Source: Vicugna vicugna (Eukaryota). From it: 64,000 nucleotides of DNA. The translations under genes and the position numbers were made by a program. The notes under the pieces are model-generated. The model made no database searches. It was given only the letters and a program-made list of their open reading frames with translations, and was not told the origin of the DNA. Location of the stretch: the NCBI GenBank assembly GCA_013265495.1, contig MU058337.1, positions 6,554,716 to 6,618,715 of the forward strand. The letters are read 5' to 3'. Every line of letters begins with the position of its first letter. Positions within the stretch are counted from its first letter, which is position 1. Shown piece after piece: positions 27,121 through 40,086 of the stretch.

Positions 27121-28469
27121 AATTTAATATCATTTAATTATATAAATAGTAGACTGATTATTACCACACTTACTCCATTTCAGTCTATAGCCCAAAACCC
27201 CAAACATCTTCCCTCCCTGTTTTCTTATTTCCAAAGTATTAGTTTTTATCCATTGTACACTTAAAGTATCATTTTGTCTACTATCAAATCCCCATTATAT
27301 TCACCCTATCTGTCAACTTTTCCTGACCTAGCTTCAAATTCTATTCCTAATAACAAAAACATTAACAAGTATGTTTCAGCCTTGCTTTGTGATTTATAAG
27401 GATGTCTACAATTATCAACGGCTGTCCACAAAAATCTTCCAAAATAGTAAAATCCAAAAAAACAATTCTTCTCACAAATCTTTCACCTAAAAATAACTTT
27501 TAACACACAGTATATAAATAGGGAACATGACTTCAGTTTGGAGGCATTAGCATCAGACTGTTGGGTTCATTTCAAATCCTAGGTCTAGTGTTAATAAATA
27601 TGTGCTCATGAGCAAGTAACTTTGAATGTGAAGAATGAATGATACAATAATAAAACAGAAAACAACAGAGAAGCTGGTCCACAGTTGGCACACAACAACT
27701 GTAAGTTAAATGTTTAACTATAAGCTAGATAAACAGTATTATTACCTATTATTTTACAGAAACTGGACATTCATGAATCTGAATATGCATTAAAGTATTA
27801 GGATAACCTTGAGGGTTTCTGTGGGAGGCCCACCCACATCCCTCCCATTAAGGGACACTAAGAACAGTAGCTTCAGATCTACTGTTTATGCCTATTCACT
27901 GATTACTCTCTTCCTGACTCTTAGATTAGGGAAGGGGAAGACAATAATTGTCAACACAATTCTTATAAGGTTAGTTAAGGATTACCTGTTCTACTTTAAG
28001 ACAAAGAAGTAAGTTCAAAAACTGGACTGCTGACTCAAAAAAAGTGAGTAAACTCAACTGCTACTACCACTTTTAATTTCTGCTGCTCTCGGTCCTCCAC
28101 TTTTCTTTCTTCTTGTCTCTTCTGACCCTTTTCCACACTTTTATAGGAAAGTTAGTCCATCATAGATATCACCACTAAATCATGGACCTTTTTCTGATGC
28201 TGGGTGAACTAATCAAAACACACCTTGAGTATTCAGCTCATCTTGGCTATTTTTGTGACAGTTTCATTCATTCTCTTTTTAAACTGTGAGAATTTGAAAA
28301 TTTAAGATTTATTCCATTTAAAACATGCTAAAAAAAGTAAATTAAAATAATGACAGTTTTAACACAGAACAGAGCAATTTACAACATATTTGTAAATATG
28401 CTACATTTACAACACTATTTTAAATATTGATCCTAATAGTAAAACAAAGAAATTTCAGAAGTATTATAA

Positions 28470-29376
28470 TATGCTCAACATTGCTAATTATTAATGAAAT
28501 GCAAATGAAAATCACACAGGTCAGAATGACCATCATCAAAAAGTCTACAAATAATAAATGTTGGAGAGGGTGTGGAGAAAAGGGAACCCTCTTACACTGA
28601 TAGTGGGAATATGAACTGGTGCAGCCACTATGGAGAACAGTACGGAAGTTCCTTAAAAAACTAAACAGAGTTACACCGTATGATCCAGCAATCCCACTCC
28701 GGGGCATATATCTGGAAAAGATGAAAACTCTTAATTCAAAAAGATACATACATCTCAATGTTCATGGCAGCACTACTTACAATAGCCAAGACATGGAAGC
28801 AGCCTAAATGTCCATCAACAGGTGAATGGATAAAGAAGATGTAGTACATGTGCACACACGCATGCACACACGCATGCGCGCGCGCGCACACACACGCACA
28901 CACGCGCACACACACACACACACACAAAGTGGAATATTACTCAGTCATAAAAAAGAAACACTGCTATTTGCAGCAACATGGATGGACCTAGAGATCATCA
29001 CACTAAGTGAAATTAGTCAGACAGAGAAAGAATATGAATATCATATGCTATCACTTATATGAGGAATCTAAAAAATGATGCAAATGAACTTATTTACAAA
29101 ACAAACAGACTCACAGAAATAGAAAATAAAGCTATGGTTACCAAAGGGGAAGAGGGGGAGGGATAAATTAGTAGTCCAGGGTTAGCAGATACAAACTAAT
29201 ATACATAAAATAAATGATTAACAAGGTCCTACTGTATAGCACAGGGAACTATACTCAGTATCTTGTAATAAACTACACAGGAAAAGAATCTGAAAAAAAA
29301 ACTATATATATGAAACACTTTGCTGTACACCAAAAGTAACACAACATTGTAAATCAACTATACTTCAATTTTTAAA
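28470..29376 (+). mobile_element. 5'-truncated L1, same 3'-end family as 8313-9885
   Basis: ORF2 remnants [21 protein letters not shown] and FAATWMDLEIITLSEISQTEKE; ends ACTATACTTCAATTTTTAAAAA; TSD AAGTATT(A/G)TAA. Confidence 0.92.
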
Positions 29377-31284
29377 AAGTATTGTAAGAATAATGAGATC
29401 ATAATAGGGCAGATGTTAAAAACTGCAAGGACAAAGGAAATGAAACTGCTAATGAGCTAATGTGGTTTCATGAAGGACAAAAGAATATTACAAATATCAC
29501 TATATATATCCCTAAAAATATATAAATATACACACAGATAAAACAAATAAAACAAATAGGGAAAAATGTAAACACTGTTGCCTCTATGGATCTAGGTGGA
29601 TATCCAGGTGATCATTACACTATTCTTTCAACTTTTTTGTATTTTGAAAACTGTCACAATTAAAATATGGAAAAAGAAAAGACTTTAAAGTTCAGAGTAG
29701 ACTTTAGTCATATTATGAAGTGATGAAAGCCAAATCAAAGCAATAAGAAATGAAAGTAATAGTAAAACTTAGCATGGAAAGATGTTTGGAGCAGGAGAGA
29801 TGATTTCAAAAGAAGTAATAAATAGGGGGAAACAGTAGAATTTGTAATAAATGTGAAAACCGAAGAACATTCATAACAACAAATCCCCCAAAAACTATGA
29901 GAAATTCATTCAATCATCACATTTATTTAATGCCCACAATGCCCTGTACTACACACTGTGAATGCTATAATACAAAATACACGAATGCTTGCCTTTCAAA
30001 GAACTTATAATCCAGATGTGAACACAGGGTACACATTCAAGGAAGCAAAAGAAAAAAGTGACAAAGATATTTGTATGTTTTTAGGATAGCTACTGAAACT
30101 CTATGGGATTTAGTTTTTTTTTTTATTAAAATAGCAATGTGCTATAAGAGGGCAATATTTGATTAATTTTAAGATCATTTCCCACTCTAAATATCTTTAT
30201 TTCCCATCCAAATGTTAATTAAGTGCATCTCCTTCCATAAATTTGCCTTAGAGACAGCCAACTCCAAAATAGCACTAACATGACTTGAAAGATCCTTAGA
30301 GGTTACTTTCTTCACATTCCCACTTTCAAACTGTCCCAAAATGAGTTATTATAAGTATGAAAAGTTGTGACAACATTAAGCATTTTAAGGAAGTTACAGA
30401 TTAATCCCAAAGAAAGACTATAAATTCCAAAGGAAGACTTAAGACAAAGCGAGACTGATCCCACTCTAAGAAATTCCACTCTAAGAAATCTTTTATGGAA
30501 ATGGTTTTATTTAATTTAGAGTTTAATCATCTCCCTTCTAAATCATTTTCCTCGGAAATGTACAATTTTATTTCTAGCCCCCATCTGCCCATTCTACATC
30601 TCATCCCAACTTTGGTCACAACCACACCCTACTTAATTGCTTCAAGGCATGCCATGTTTAGTATTGCATTTCCCCTCTATTTCCTTGTTCCTTTGTTTTG
30701 GTTCTTGCTTTTACAACTGCCATCACATATGTCCCTCCTAACACCTACAAATGTTTTTCAAGGTAGAAAGAAATTCCAGTGAAGTAATGTGACTTTGTAT
30801 AATGATCAAAGCAAGTGACTAGTCACAAAAGGGTCTGAGATACCAAGGTACAGCCATACAAAAGGTGAACTATGGAAGTTTCAACTGCTTTAATATTGGA
30901 GAAGTCCATAGTGGGAAAAATTCTGAAGAAGGAAAACCTTTACTCAGATATAATTTAAAAATCCCAGTAGAAATGCTGGAACTCACAAATGGAAGTTCAT
31001 GACATTTGAGTTATCTGACCATCAATGCCCAGAAGCTGATCTAGATACTAAGGTTCTTCCTCCACTCCCTCATCACAAAACAGAATTTCAACTTTAGACT
31101 GTATCAAAAAAAAAAGGGATAAATACGAAATCAGACTGCTTAAAAATTGATTACATAGTGAACAGTTTTTTGTTGCTAACTGCAATAATTGTGGAAGTCC
31201 AGGATTATAAGCAACCAGGGATCTCCAGGGTAGGGCAGGAGAAGAGGCAGAGAGTGCACAGCAGGGAAGATACAGCAGTATCCT

Positions 31285-31495
31285 AATGTGGTGAAGAGCC
31301 CAGACTTCAGACTTGGACACTCCTGAGCATCTTAGCTCTACTACTTACTAGGTGTGTACACTTGAGAGGGTACTGCATCTTATCAAGCTTCAGTTTTCCC
31401 TTCTAAAAATCACAGGATTGTTTTGAGGATTAACTAAGGTTAAGATATATCTGGCACACATAAAGTACACAAATTACAGCCTTTATCATTATTAT
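31285..31495 (+). mobile_element. MIR SINE (diverged)
   Basis: GCTCTACTACTTACTAGGTGTGT...CTTCAGTTTTCCC...GAGGATTAA. Confidence 0.65.
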
Positions 31496-34400
31496 TGGCA
31501 AAGGGCACTAAAAATGTTTGAAAGGTGAGAAGAAGAACAACAAAGAAAAAAATATTTCACAATTACCTTACAAACCCTTTCATAGATAATTTTCATGGCA
31601 ACAGAGAATGACCTTGTAGAGCATGTTTAAAGTAGCTACAATTAACTACAATACTTACTAAAAGGACAGTGATGGAAAACTGCAGGGAAGAATAGGAAGT
31701 AGCGGTTTCTGGAACTGGGCTCTGAGGCTGACTGAGCTCAGACCAGTCTCTATAACTTAACGTGCACCTGTGTGGAGCACATGTCTGTGGTGTTGTTTCA
31801 GATGTTCAAATACACACTCTGGAAGGGATTCCCTTACAGCAGGACGGTATTTTATGTATATCGACCCTGACTGCTTTCCTGATCCTAGCTCCCAGATCCA
31901 CTATAATGAACAATCACAGCTTAAAAATAATTTTTTTCAAAAATGTAATTTCTGAACAGAAACCTTCCAACTCAATTCCATGTACTTTTACAGAGGAACA
32001 AAGAACAATCCTTGGAATGTGAATACCACAAAGTCATTCTTTCCAAAGCCAGATTTCATATTTGAAACAGTATCAGTAACTCTCACACACTGATTAGTTT
32101 TCAGAAGCTAAAAATCAATCTCTTACTCCAGAAAAAAAATTTTTGAAAATATGAAACTAAGTATCAATCAATTATGTTATTTTTCTTTAAATATTTCAAA
32201 ATCTTCAAATTATTTCTATGGCCAAATTAAAACAGGTAGATATACATTCATTCCCGTGTTTGTTCGGAGCACATTTAGAAGTTTCTTAAATTTGACTTGA
32301 TCATATATAGGCAACTGCTCCCAAAATAACAGACAGAATTTATTAAAAGCTTCTGAAGTAACTACCAAGAAAGTACATTAAAAAGTATGATTCTGATTTT
32401 TTTATTAAAAAAATTATTAAACTAACTCATTTAAACTTTTTTTAAACCACCAGGGGGTATCTTGGGTCACTTTTCCTTACTAGACAGGAAGAAAATCTTC
32501 ATCTTTCATCTGAGAATGCGATCTATACATCCAACAGTAAAAAAAAAAGTGGCAGATGTTTTCTAGAGTTTAGTTGTTCATGGTGACAAGCCAATAATTG
32601 CTCAAAAGATAAATGCTGCAAGGGTGAACTGGTCACTAACTTCAGCTACTAGCCATCAGAATACCACTCAGCACACTTAAGACTCCATCTAAAGCTAACT
32701 GAAATAGTCAAAAACTTGTACAGAGTAGATTAGAACTGTACTTTTATGCTGTGAAGATCTATTTACTTCCAATTAGGGCTCATTCTACTTATTGCAGTCA
32801 ACATATTACAATTTATTATCCCCTGATTTTAAGAAAGTAAAATGGATTCTACAAAAAAAGGAGTATCGTAGTTCAATCCTTTAATACTGTGGTTTCAAAA
32901 ACTAACAAAACAAGACAAGAGAAAAAAAATTAAAAGACAGAGAAACCTCAAAAGCAACAAAAGTAATGCAGTATCAAAAAATGTTTTTGCTACCATCATA
33001 TAATTATTAAATTGATAAATAAAAACTATAAAATATTGTGGAGACACAGGGAATCATTTAGCTAATGGCACTGTAAATCAAACCTATCTTTCTTCAAAGA
33101 AACCTGGTGATATTAAACAGCTATAAATTGCTTCGTGCCTATAACTTAGTAATTTGTGAATATGCAAGTAATTCCTGCTAAATACATTTTTGCAAAGCTA
33201 TTTATAATAGAGAAAAGTTGGGACCAATCTAAATGCCCTACAAGCAAGAAATAGTTAAGCAAACCATACTGAAGTAATAGAGATGAAATAATACATAGTC
33301 AATAAGAAAAAATGAAAACATGCACTATGTTGATATTCAAATGTATGCGTAATAATAGCAAGTTAAAAAAAAAGCCAAAGAACACAATCACACTATTTAT
33401 AAAGGCCAATAAGATCATAAATCAGAAGTTAGTGGAATATGAATAGAACTTTATGTTCACTGGACTCCCGTTTCTATGCCAGTAAACTAAAAACAAAATA
33501 ATTTTGGAGGAGAAAATGACCAAATCCTCATGGTTCTTTTGATTGCCTCTCAACATACATAGTGAGCTAAATGTAGGATCTGGACTTTACAGGACATATA
33601 AACACTATACTCCAGAAATTACACTTATGCTGAAGATAAACTTGTCTCATCTCTACACTTATGAGTATTTTATAATATCACAATAATGATATATGTTGAA
33701 TTTTTCCTCTAAGAAATACAAAGTATCTTTCAAGAAGAATATATAATAAGTAAATATTATTATCTCTATTTTAGTGATGGAAACAGCTTCAATGACCTGC
33801 CTTATTCACCCAACTCCTGATTCCCAACCCTAACAGCATCTTCTAGAAATAATTATACCCATTTCACAACTGCCATTTTTAACTTAAAAAATAAGTCCCT
33901 TCAACTTTTCTGACAGTGTACACAAGACTGTCCTCCTTAACAAATACACAATAGATGACAAAAAAATTATTGGTAATACCCTGACTGAAGCAACAAAAAA
34001 TTAAACTGTTTACCGTTTTTCTCCTTTGAGAGGCAAAGAGAAGAAATATTAAAGAGTACTTTAAATTCCCTATACCAGTTAGCAAAATTCTAGGGAAAAA
34101 CTGCTAAAGGTACATCTTTCTGCTGATCTAAGATTTGTTTCCACTGACCAAGATGTGAAAGCAGCTGGCAACAAAGATGAAACCCAAACATCCAGAAAAA
34201 ATGATGTGTCTTGACTCAAAGTTTTAGTCCTGTATCTCTGAAAATTAGAAATCCAAAAGGACTCCCTGAAATTAATCAAAAGTTAACTAAAAAGTAGCTA
34301 CGTAAAGAAAGACCTGTTGAAGAAACAAAAATTATCTAACTGGCAGACCTCCCATAAATTTCACTCTTACTCATGTCTGAAGTCCATCTCAGATATCACT

Positions 34401-35589
34401 TCCTCTATAAGTTTCCCTGAAAACTCCAACCTGCTAGGCATTTTCTGCAGACGTTTGTTTTAGAGCACTTTGGACATACATCTTTTATAACATACCTGAT
34501 TTTGACAGTCTGTCATAAGCTTATGACCTTTACTTTGAGGTTCCTAGGAGACAGGGATACACTTTTTTGTCTCTAAGGCACCAGGAATACAATATATAAT
34601 TGCTGTTAAATTTAAATTTAAAAACCAAATACTAAGTTTTAAAGGCTGGTTACTAAAACATTTAATGGAAAAACTAGTGTGCTTGCAAGACTAGCTCTCT
34701 TTTCCACTTGGAAGCACTATTTTCTTTCAGTCAGAACTCTCAAAGAGTGAAAGCTTTTTGCACTACAAGGTATGAGAGTTACAGTATTCAAGTGCTAACC
34801 ATCGACTTGAGTAAACCTTAAAGATTCTTTGACGTTTTCAGAGAATCAAGTTTTTAAACAGAAACTGTAAAATGCCATGAAAAACTTAACAGCTTCTTTA
34901 GTGCCCTAAAATAAGCTCAAAATTCACAACTATAGTAAAGCTAGAAGTAATAAAATAAACACCAGCTTAAAAAAATCAAACTTAGTAAATAAACCTATTT
35001 ATAGATTGTAAAAGTTTGCTGAACGATTATTTGAATTGTTAAAATTATTAATGGTTTCAAAGAGATTCTCCCATCCCAAATGGTTAAGTTTTAACATCCT
35101 AATTGTGTATGTATATTGCCCTGCCGCATACTGAATAACCTAAAAGCAGGTTACTTATGTCTTTTACTAGTGGTTAAACTGAAAGTCTTGAGTTTAAGAT
35201 CGTAAGAGATCAAAGTTTTCAAGAGTTGCCCTAGGAAGAAAACGCCAGTTTCCCCTGTCGTCTGCTCCTTTTAATTGTTTAAAACAATCTCAGAGAAACC
35301 TTAATAGTGGGATGTTATATTTCTTTTGCATATTAAAAAATAGAAAGTTTTTTTTACACATAAAAGGTAGAAATTAACTGTCTCAACCATCACAGCTACT
35401 CTTTATTAACACAGTGTACGCGGTGTTGGGTGTTATCTTTCACAAATAAGAAAGCAACTACTAATCGTGAGATTAAAATGTCAAAGTCCTATAAAGAATA
35501 AGCTCTCATAACTAACCAGGACTTTTAGAAAAGTAGAATAAAACAGGAAGCAATGAAATTAAAAGTTACTGGAAGCCCTGGCCGTCCCC

Positions 35590-36560
35590 TTCCTTGGAGT
35601 GCGTGACACACGGCTGTGAGCGAACACTCACTCGTGGAACTCTCGCTGACCCTCACGCATCCTCCTCTAAGCAAGTGCTGTTCACATACAGTCCTTGTTT
35701 CTGAAAAACTAAACCCACCTGCTGGTGCTACCTGGCCCGCCAGAAGGGAGGCGAGCCTGAGGCCCGCCGAGTCCGCCAGAACCCACCCACTTCCTAAGGC
35801 CGTTCCGCAGCCTCCAACCCACAGCGAGCCAACCCCAAACGCTTCTGGGGACACCCGACCGCACCTACTGCTACGCCCCCTTCCCCTAGGGCCCCGGCTT
35901 CCCAGGCGAGGGGAGGCTTCTCCTTCGGACAGCGCACCCGGGGGTCCGCCAGGCCGCACCCACCTTGCACTCGTCGCTCTTTTTTTCCTCTTCGCAGAAG
36001 TTGACGGGCGCCAGGCCGGGCAGGTAGAAAGCGGCGCCCCGACGCGGGCCCGGGGCCGCCCCCAGCAGGAGCAGCGACAGCAGCAACAGCCGCGGCCACC
36101 GAGGTGGAGACGACGCCGGCACCCTGGCGCTCATGATGGCTGTTTCGGGGAAAGAGCAGCCGAGCCGCGGGGGGTGAAGAGGGAAGGAGGGAAGGGGAGG
36201 CTCGGAGACGACAACAAGGCCGCCGGAGCTGAGGAGGCCGGCCCTGCGACGGGTAGTTCCGGTTGCGCTAGGAGACACCGCGGGTTCCGCAACAGAAACC
36301 GAACCGGGCCTCGACGGAGCATGCGCAACGCCGCCCGCACATGCTCAGTGAGAGCGGCCGCAAGCGCCCCGCGAAGTTTCCGGAAGGAAGAGGAGAGGAA
36401 ATCCACTTTCCGGGTTTTCAGCGGGCCGGCTGGGGTGGTTACTGCGAGAGCGGTACCAGCGCTCACGTTATGTTGCAAATTCCGATCTAAGAGTCCCTCG
36501 CGGGGCGTCGTATAGCGTCTCACTTGCCCAGCGCCCCAGGCTTGCGGCTTTGCCCCAATT
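35590..36560 (-). promoter_or_regulatory. TM9SF2: CpG island / TATA-less promoter and 5' UTR of TM9SF2
   Basis: Abrupt GC- and CpG-rich tract around exon 1 in AT-rich surroundings. NRF1-like GAGCATGCGCA at 36317-36327; ETS-like CCGGAAG at 36380-36386; pyrimidine-rich leader 5' of the ATG. Confidence 0.9.
35964..36134 (-). CDS. TM9SF2: TM9SF2 coding exon 1 (signal peptide and start of luminal domain)
   Basis: ATG at 36134 (context GCCATCATGA). Translates MSARVPASSPPRWPRLLLLSLLLLGAAPGPRRGAAFYLPGLAPVNFCEEEKKSDECK; FYLPG is the nonaspanin/EMP70 N-terminal motif. Donor AAG|GTGGGT; 171 nt. Confidence 0.97.
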
Positions 36561-37110
36561 TTCCGCAGTTTCCTCACCACACCCCACACAGCACACCAAC
36601 CCCTACTACACATTTGGTGCTCCAAAAACGTACCTGCTGCTGGAAGCGGAGTTGGTGGAAGGAAGAAGTTCGGGAGACGATTGGGTGCAGGATAAGGAAA
36701 CAAATGGGGAGGATCTAGCCATAAACTTTCACGTAGGCAGCTACTCAGAGGTGTTTGCACTGACAGGTTCCCAGCATTGGATGCGGCAGCTCACTCTTGG
36801 TAGGACCCAGATTGCGTGGAATAAACAAGACTTCTTTAGGGTGAGAGGAAATGAGGTGGCCGGGGGATGGGAGTAGGTGAATAAAAGGCAGTGTTGACAT
36901 TTCTTTGCAAAGGAAGACTTGGGCACACCTGAGAGCCCAGTGAGAAAAGTATTTCCAGACAAATAGAAGTCTGGTATGACCATCCTTAAGCAAGTTTCTG
37001 TCATATTTCTTATTGAAGTGACGCAATGTCCCTGTTTGTATATGCACAGACGTATTTGTGTGTGTTTGTGGGGTACACTTTCTGAGGATTTTTCAAGAGA
37101 AACTTGCTTT

Positions 37111-37559
37111 TGGTGACTGAAAGAAAAAATGCACAACATAAAAGGTGAGAGTTAAGTCTTATTCGTGGACTTACTGAGAGTTATAGCCCAGGAGCCTGCC
37201 ATTCAAGTAGCTCTAAGAAACTGCACTGAAGAGGTAAGGGAAGAGCCAGGATATATATGAGGATTTTTTGTTGGAAGAAAATATGTAGTTGAACATCAGA
37301 AGATTACTGCTAACCACAAAGAACAGACATAGAAAGTTAAAATTTTTAGTGCTCTTGTATGTAGGAAAAGATGCAAAAATCTGGGTTCATTATTCCTTAG
37401 ATATGCATCTCAACTCTCTAGAGCCAGTATACAAAGCACAGAATGTTCCTGTTTTTCTCCAGTCTGAATTTCCCACAGGGTGTACTGTCAGTGGGCGACT
37501 ACAATAGCAAATGGCTTAGTCCTTGCAGAACTGGAATGATGGGCAACAGTCTGTTTACA
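37111..37559. mobile_element. Solo ERV1 LTR, resembling artiodactyl MER41-type LTRs
   Basis: TG..GACTGAAAGAAAAAATGCACAAC..GAGAGTTAAGT..TAGCTCTAAGAAACTGC..GTATGTAGGAAAAGATGCAAAAATCTGGG, ending CA. Family name is from memory of consensus. Confidence 0.65.
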
Positions 37560-37995
37560 TTCCGCTGAGATTTAGCGAGGAATCATAATCTAGAAGCACC
37601 TCTAGCTCAGAATTCAAGAATGGGCAAGTTTGCAAAGTGGACAATTCAGAAAAGCATAGAGCCCCGTGCAATCCTACCTAAATTCTTGTGAGTATTTGCA
37701 TGTTTTCCCCCTGGAAAGTTTATTACATTTATTAAATTTTCAGAGGAATCTATGACCCTGCAAAAAGGCTAAGGACCACTGTTCTATGCTATGGAGTAAC
37801 CAGAACAATGAAAGATAGAATTCTTGCTCGCAAAGGTAGTTCTCACTAAGAACTCCAGCTTTGGAACACTACTTTCTAGTTATGTGGACCTTAAGCAAGT
37901 TAATTCATCAAGTCCCGGGCAGCAGAGATAACTGGGAAGTACAGAGAAAAGGATGTCCATTTTCTTAATGTTGTTGTGAAGATTAAGTGGGAAAA

Positions 37996-38202
37996 ATATA
38001 TGTGTGTGTATATATATATACACATATATGTGTAAATATATGTGTGTGTATATATATACACATATATGTGTATATATATGTGTATATGTATATATATATA
38101 TATATACACACACATACATATATATATATACACATATATGTGTATATATATATGTATATGTGTATATATATATATATACACACACATACATATATATATA
38201 CA
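37996..38202. repeat. Complex (TA/TG/CA)n alternating purine-pyrimidine repeat inside a MIR
   Basis: About 205 bp of TATA/TGTG/CACA blocks; MIR-like sequence on both sides (37870-37990 and 38203 onward). Confidence 0.95.
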
Positions 38203-39229
38203 AGCACTGGGCACTTTGCTCTGTTTGCACAGAGGGATGGCACCCATTTTTCTAACAAAAGAGGGGGCCTGAGCACTAGGAATATGTCTAGGGAAGTTCT
38301 CCCTGGTGCAAATCAATTAACATATTTGTTGAACGTATTTGGGCTAGGGAAAAGAACTGATAATACTCTATACTTGAAGTCATAGAGATTTCCAATATAG
38401 TAAGAGGAAGCAGATGTTCTGTCCATTTACAAAGGAAAGGGGAAGAAAATTAATCTTTCTTTGTTAACTATCTTCTGTTTATCCGGTGCCACTAAATACT
38501 TGATCTTCACTATCTCAGTGCCCCCCTACCCCAACTTTTCTTTTCCTCCCCCCGTTTTCTACATCGAAAATAGCACTGCTTCTCAGGCCCCAAACCTGGG
38601 AAAGAACCTCAATTCCTCGTTCCCTGACTCTCCACATACTATCCTTCAACAAGTTGTGTTCGCTGGGCGACTGAACTAGATTAAATCCTTTTCAGTGCTT
38701 TCCGTGTCCACAGCTAAACTCTGGACGAAGCCAAAAATTTTAGTTCCCCGAGACTAGTACTTACTGCAGTAGCATCTCAGCCTCTACTCTTGACAAGAGC
38801 GATCTTATGAAATCTTTAAATCCCCATTCCACTCTTCTGCTTAACCCCCAGCACTCCACACTACTTATCGCTATCTGGAATTAACGTGGTTGTCTCCTGT
38901 CTCACGCCCCGTTTGTATGTAAACACCCTGGGAGTAAGGACTTCGTCTCTGCATCCCACAACTCTACATCCCCAGAGCTTAGAGCAGCGTCTGGGGCATA
39001 AACGAGACTGGAGGAGCAAGTAACCAGAAAGCACTACAGGACTTGTACTGGTCAGACCACAGAAATTTTATATCTAAATTTAGAATCGCAGTCTTTCTGA
39101 GGTTTTTTCCAGACGCGTTTAACCTCCTCCATTCACAGAGGAAAGAAAGGGGAGTGACAGCTACTCTCTGAGGCCGAGCCTGCTGCGGTTAGGAAGTCCA
39201 AAGGGCATCCCTAACCTTCCTTCCAAACT

Positions 39230-39700
39230 ACACCGCCACCTCTATCCGCACAGCTCAGCATCAGCAAAAACCCGGAGAAGTGGAGTCTTCCTCAATAAAA
39301 TCGGTCCCCGGACTCCAGAGGCAAACCAGTCGGCCCAGAGCGCGCATCGCGCGTGCGCACGGCCAGCCAGCCGCCCCTCGCCAACTCCCACCCCAGCGAC
39401 CTCTACCCGGCTTCCGCCTCCAGAGTTCAGACACGTTGTCCCGCACAGCCCGGCCCGGTGGGCGGGGCCGGGGGTGGGGCCCGGCCACAGTGCGGGGCGG
39501 GCTCATTACTTCCGGATCCGGCCTCGCCCGGGGTTCTGTCGGTTACCTGGTGTGGTTATCTGCGCGGCGCCCGGGATTGGCGTTCGAACATCGCTCCGCA
39601 CCTCACCCACGGCGCCAAAATGGAGTTCCTGCCTTGTGCGCGCTTCCTTCCTGGGCGCTGTCATGCAGACAGGCTGAGTGGGGTTTTCAGTTCCAAACTG
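39230..39700 (+). promoter_or_regulatory. Second CpG island, putative promoter of a divergent transcript
   Basis: CpG-dense. NRF1-like GCGCGTGCGCA 39349-39359, GC boxes near 39460 and 39494, ETS/GABP ACTTCCGG 39508-39515, inverted CCAAT (ATTGG) 39576-39580, plus-strand donor GAT|GTAAGG at 39820/39821. Strand is inferred. Confidence 0.7.
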
Positions 39701-39943
39701 GGAAGAAATGAAGTTTTCCTTCCATCCTTCCCTTGACTGTAACGGTCCCTTTCTCTAACTAGTAATACTTCTGATAAGGTTTTCTCCTCTCTGCTGCAGG
39801 TAGCATTTGCCGACACCGATGTAAGGCTCTTAATAATCTAGCGTTTGTTTTTTCCGCTCCTTTGTGCCAACGTTTATTTAAAAGCGTGGTGGGTTTTTTG
39901 TTTGTTTGGTTTTTGTTTTTGTTTTTGTTTTTTGGCATTTCCC

Positions 39944-40086
39944 AGGGCTTCCATTTATTTACTCGGAAACGAAATCACAAGATGCCCAGTTAAATTTTAA
40001 TTTCTGATGAACAGTGAATCATTTTTTAGTCTACGGACGTCCCAGATATTCCATGAGGGCATGCATGTATTTTATCTGGCAACCCT
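39944..40086. mobile_element. MER53-like palindromic MITE
   Basis: GATGCCCAGTTAAATTTTAATTTC..ATTTTTTAGT..TTTATCTGGCAACCCT terminus. Confidence 0.7.

Noticed and set aside
30470..30489. Short tandem duplications (CCACTCTAAGAAAT x2; also near 16236-16307, 41898 and 5047)
   Set aside because: Ordinary slippage duplications with no spacer structure; not CRISPR-like.
36131..36322. uORF whose TGA overlaps the TM9SF2 ATG (ATGA)
   Set aside because: Its ATG lies inside the NRF1-like promoter motif, probably upstream of the main TSS. It would matter only if CAGE shows starts beyond 36322.
35616..36515. 299-aa plus-strand ORF and other long ORFs over the TM9SF2 CpG island
   Set aside because: Antisense to exon 1, non-ATG start, low-complexity P/R/A/G content. 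Expected from stop-codon scarcity in GC-rich DNA.
37880..38385. Six overlapping Y/I/C/V/H/T-rich ORFs
   Set aside because: Translations of the TA/CA/TG microsatellite.
39280..39736. ORFs of 143, 127 and 67 aa in the second CpG island
   Set aside because: GC-driven open frames with non-ATG starts and no recognisable domain.
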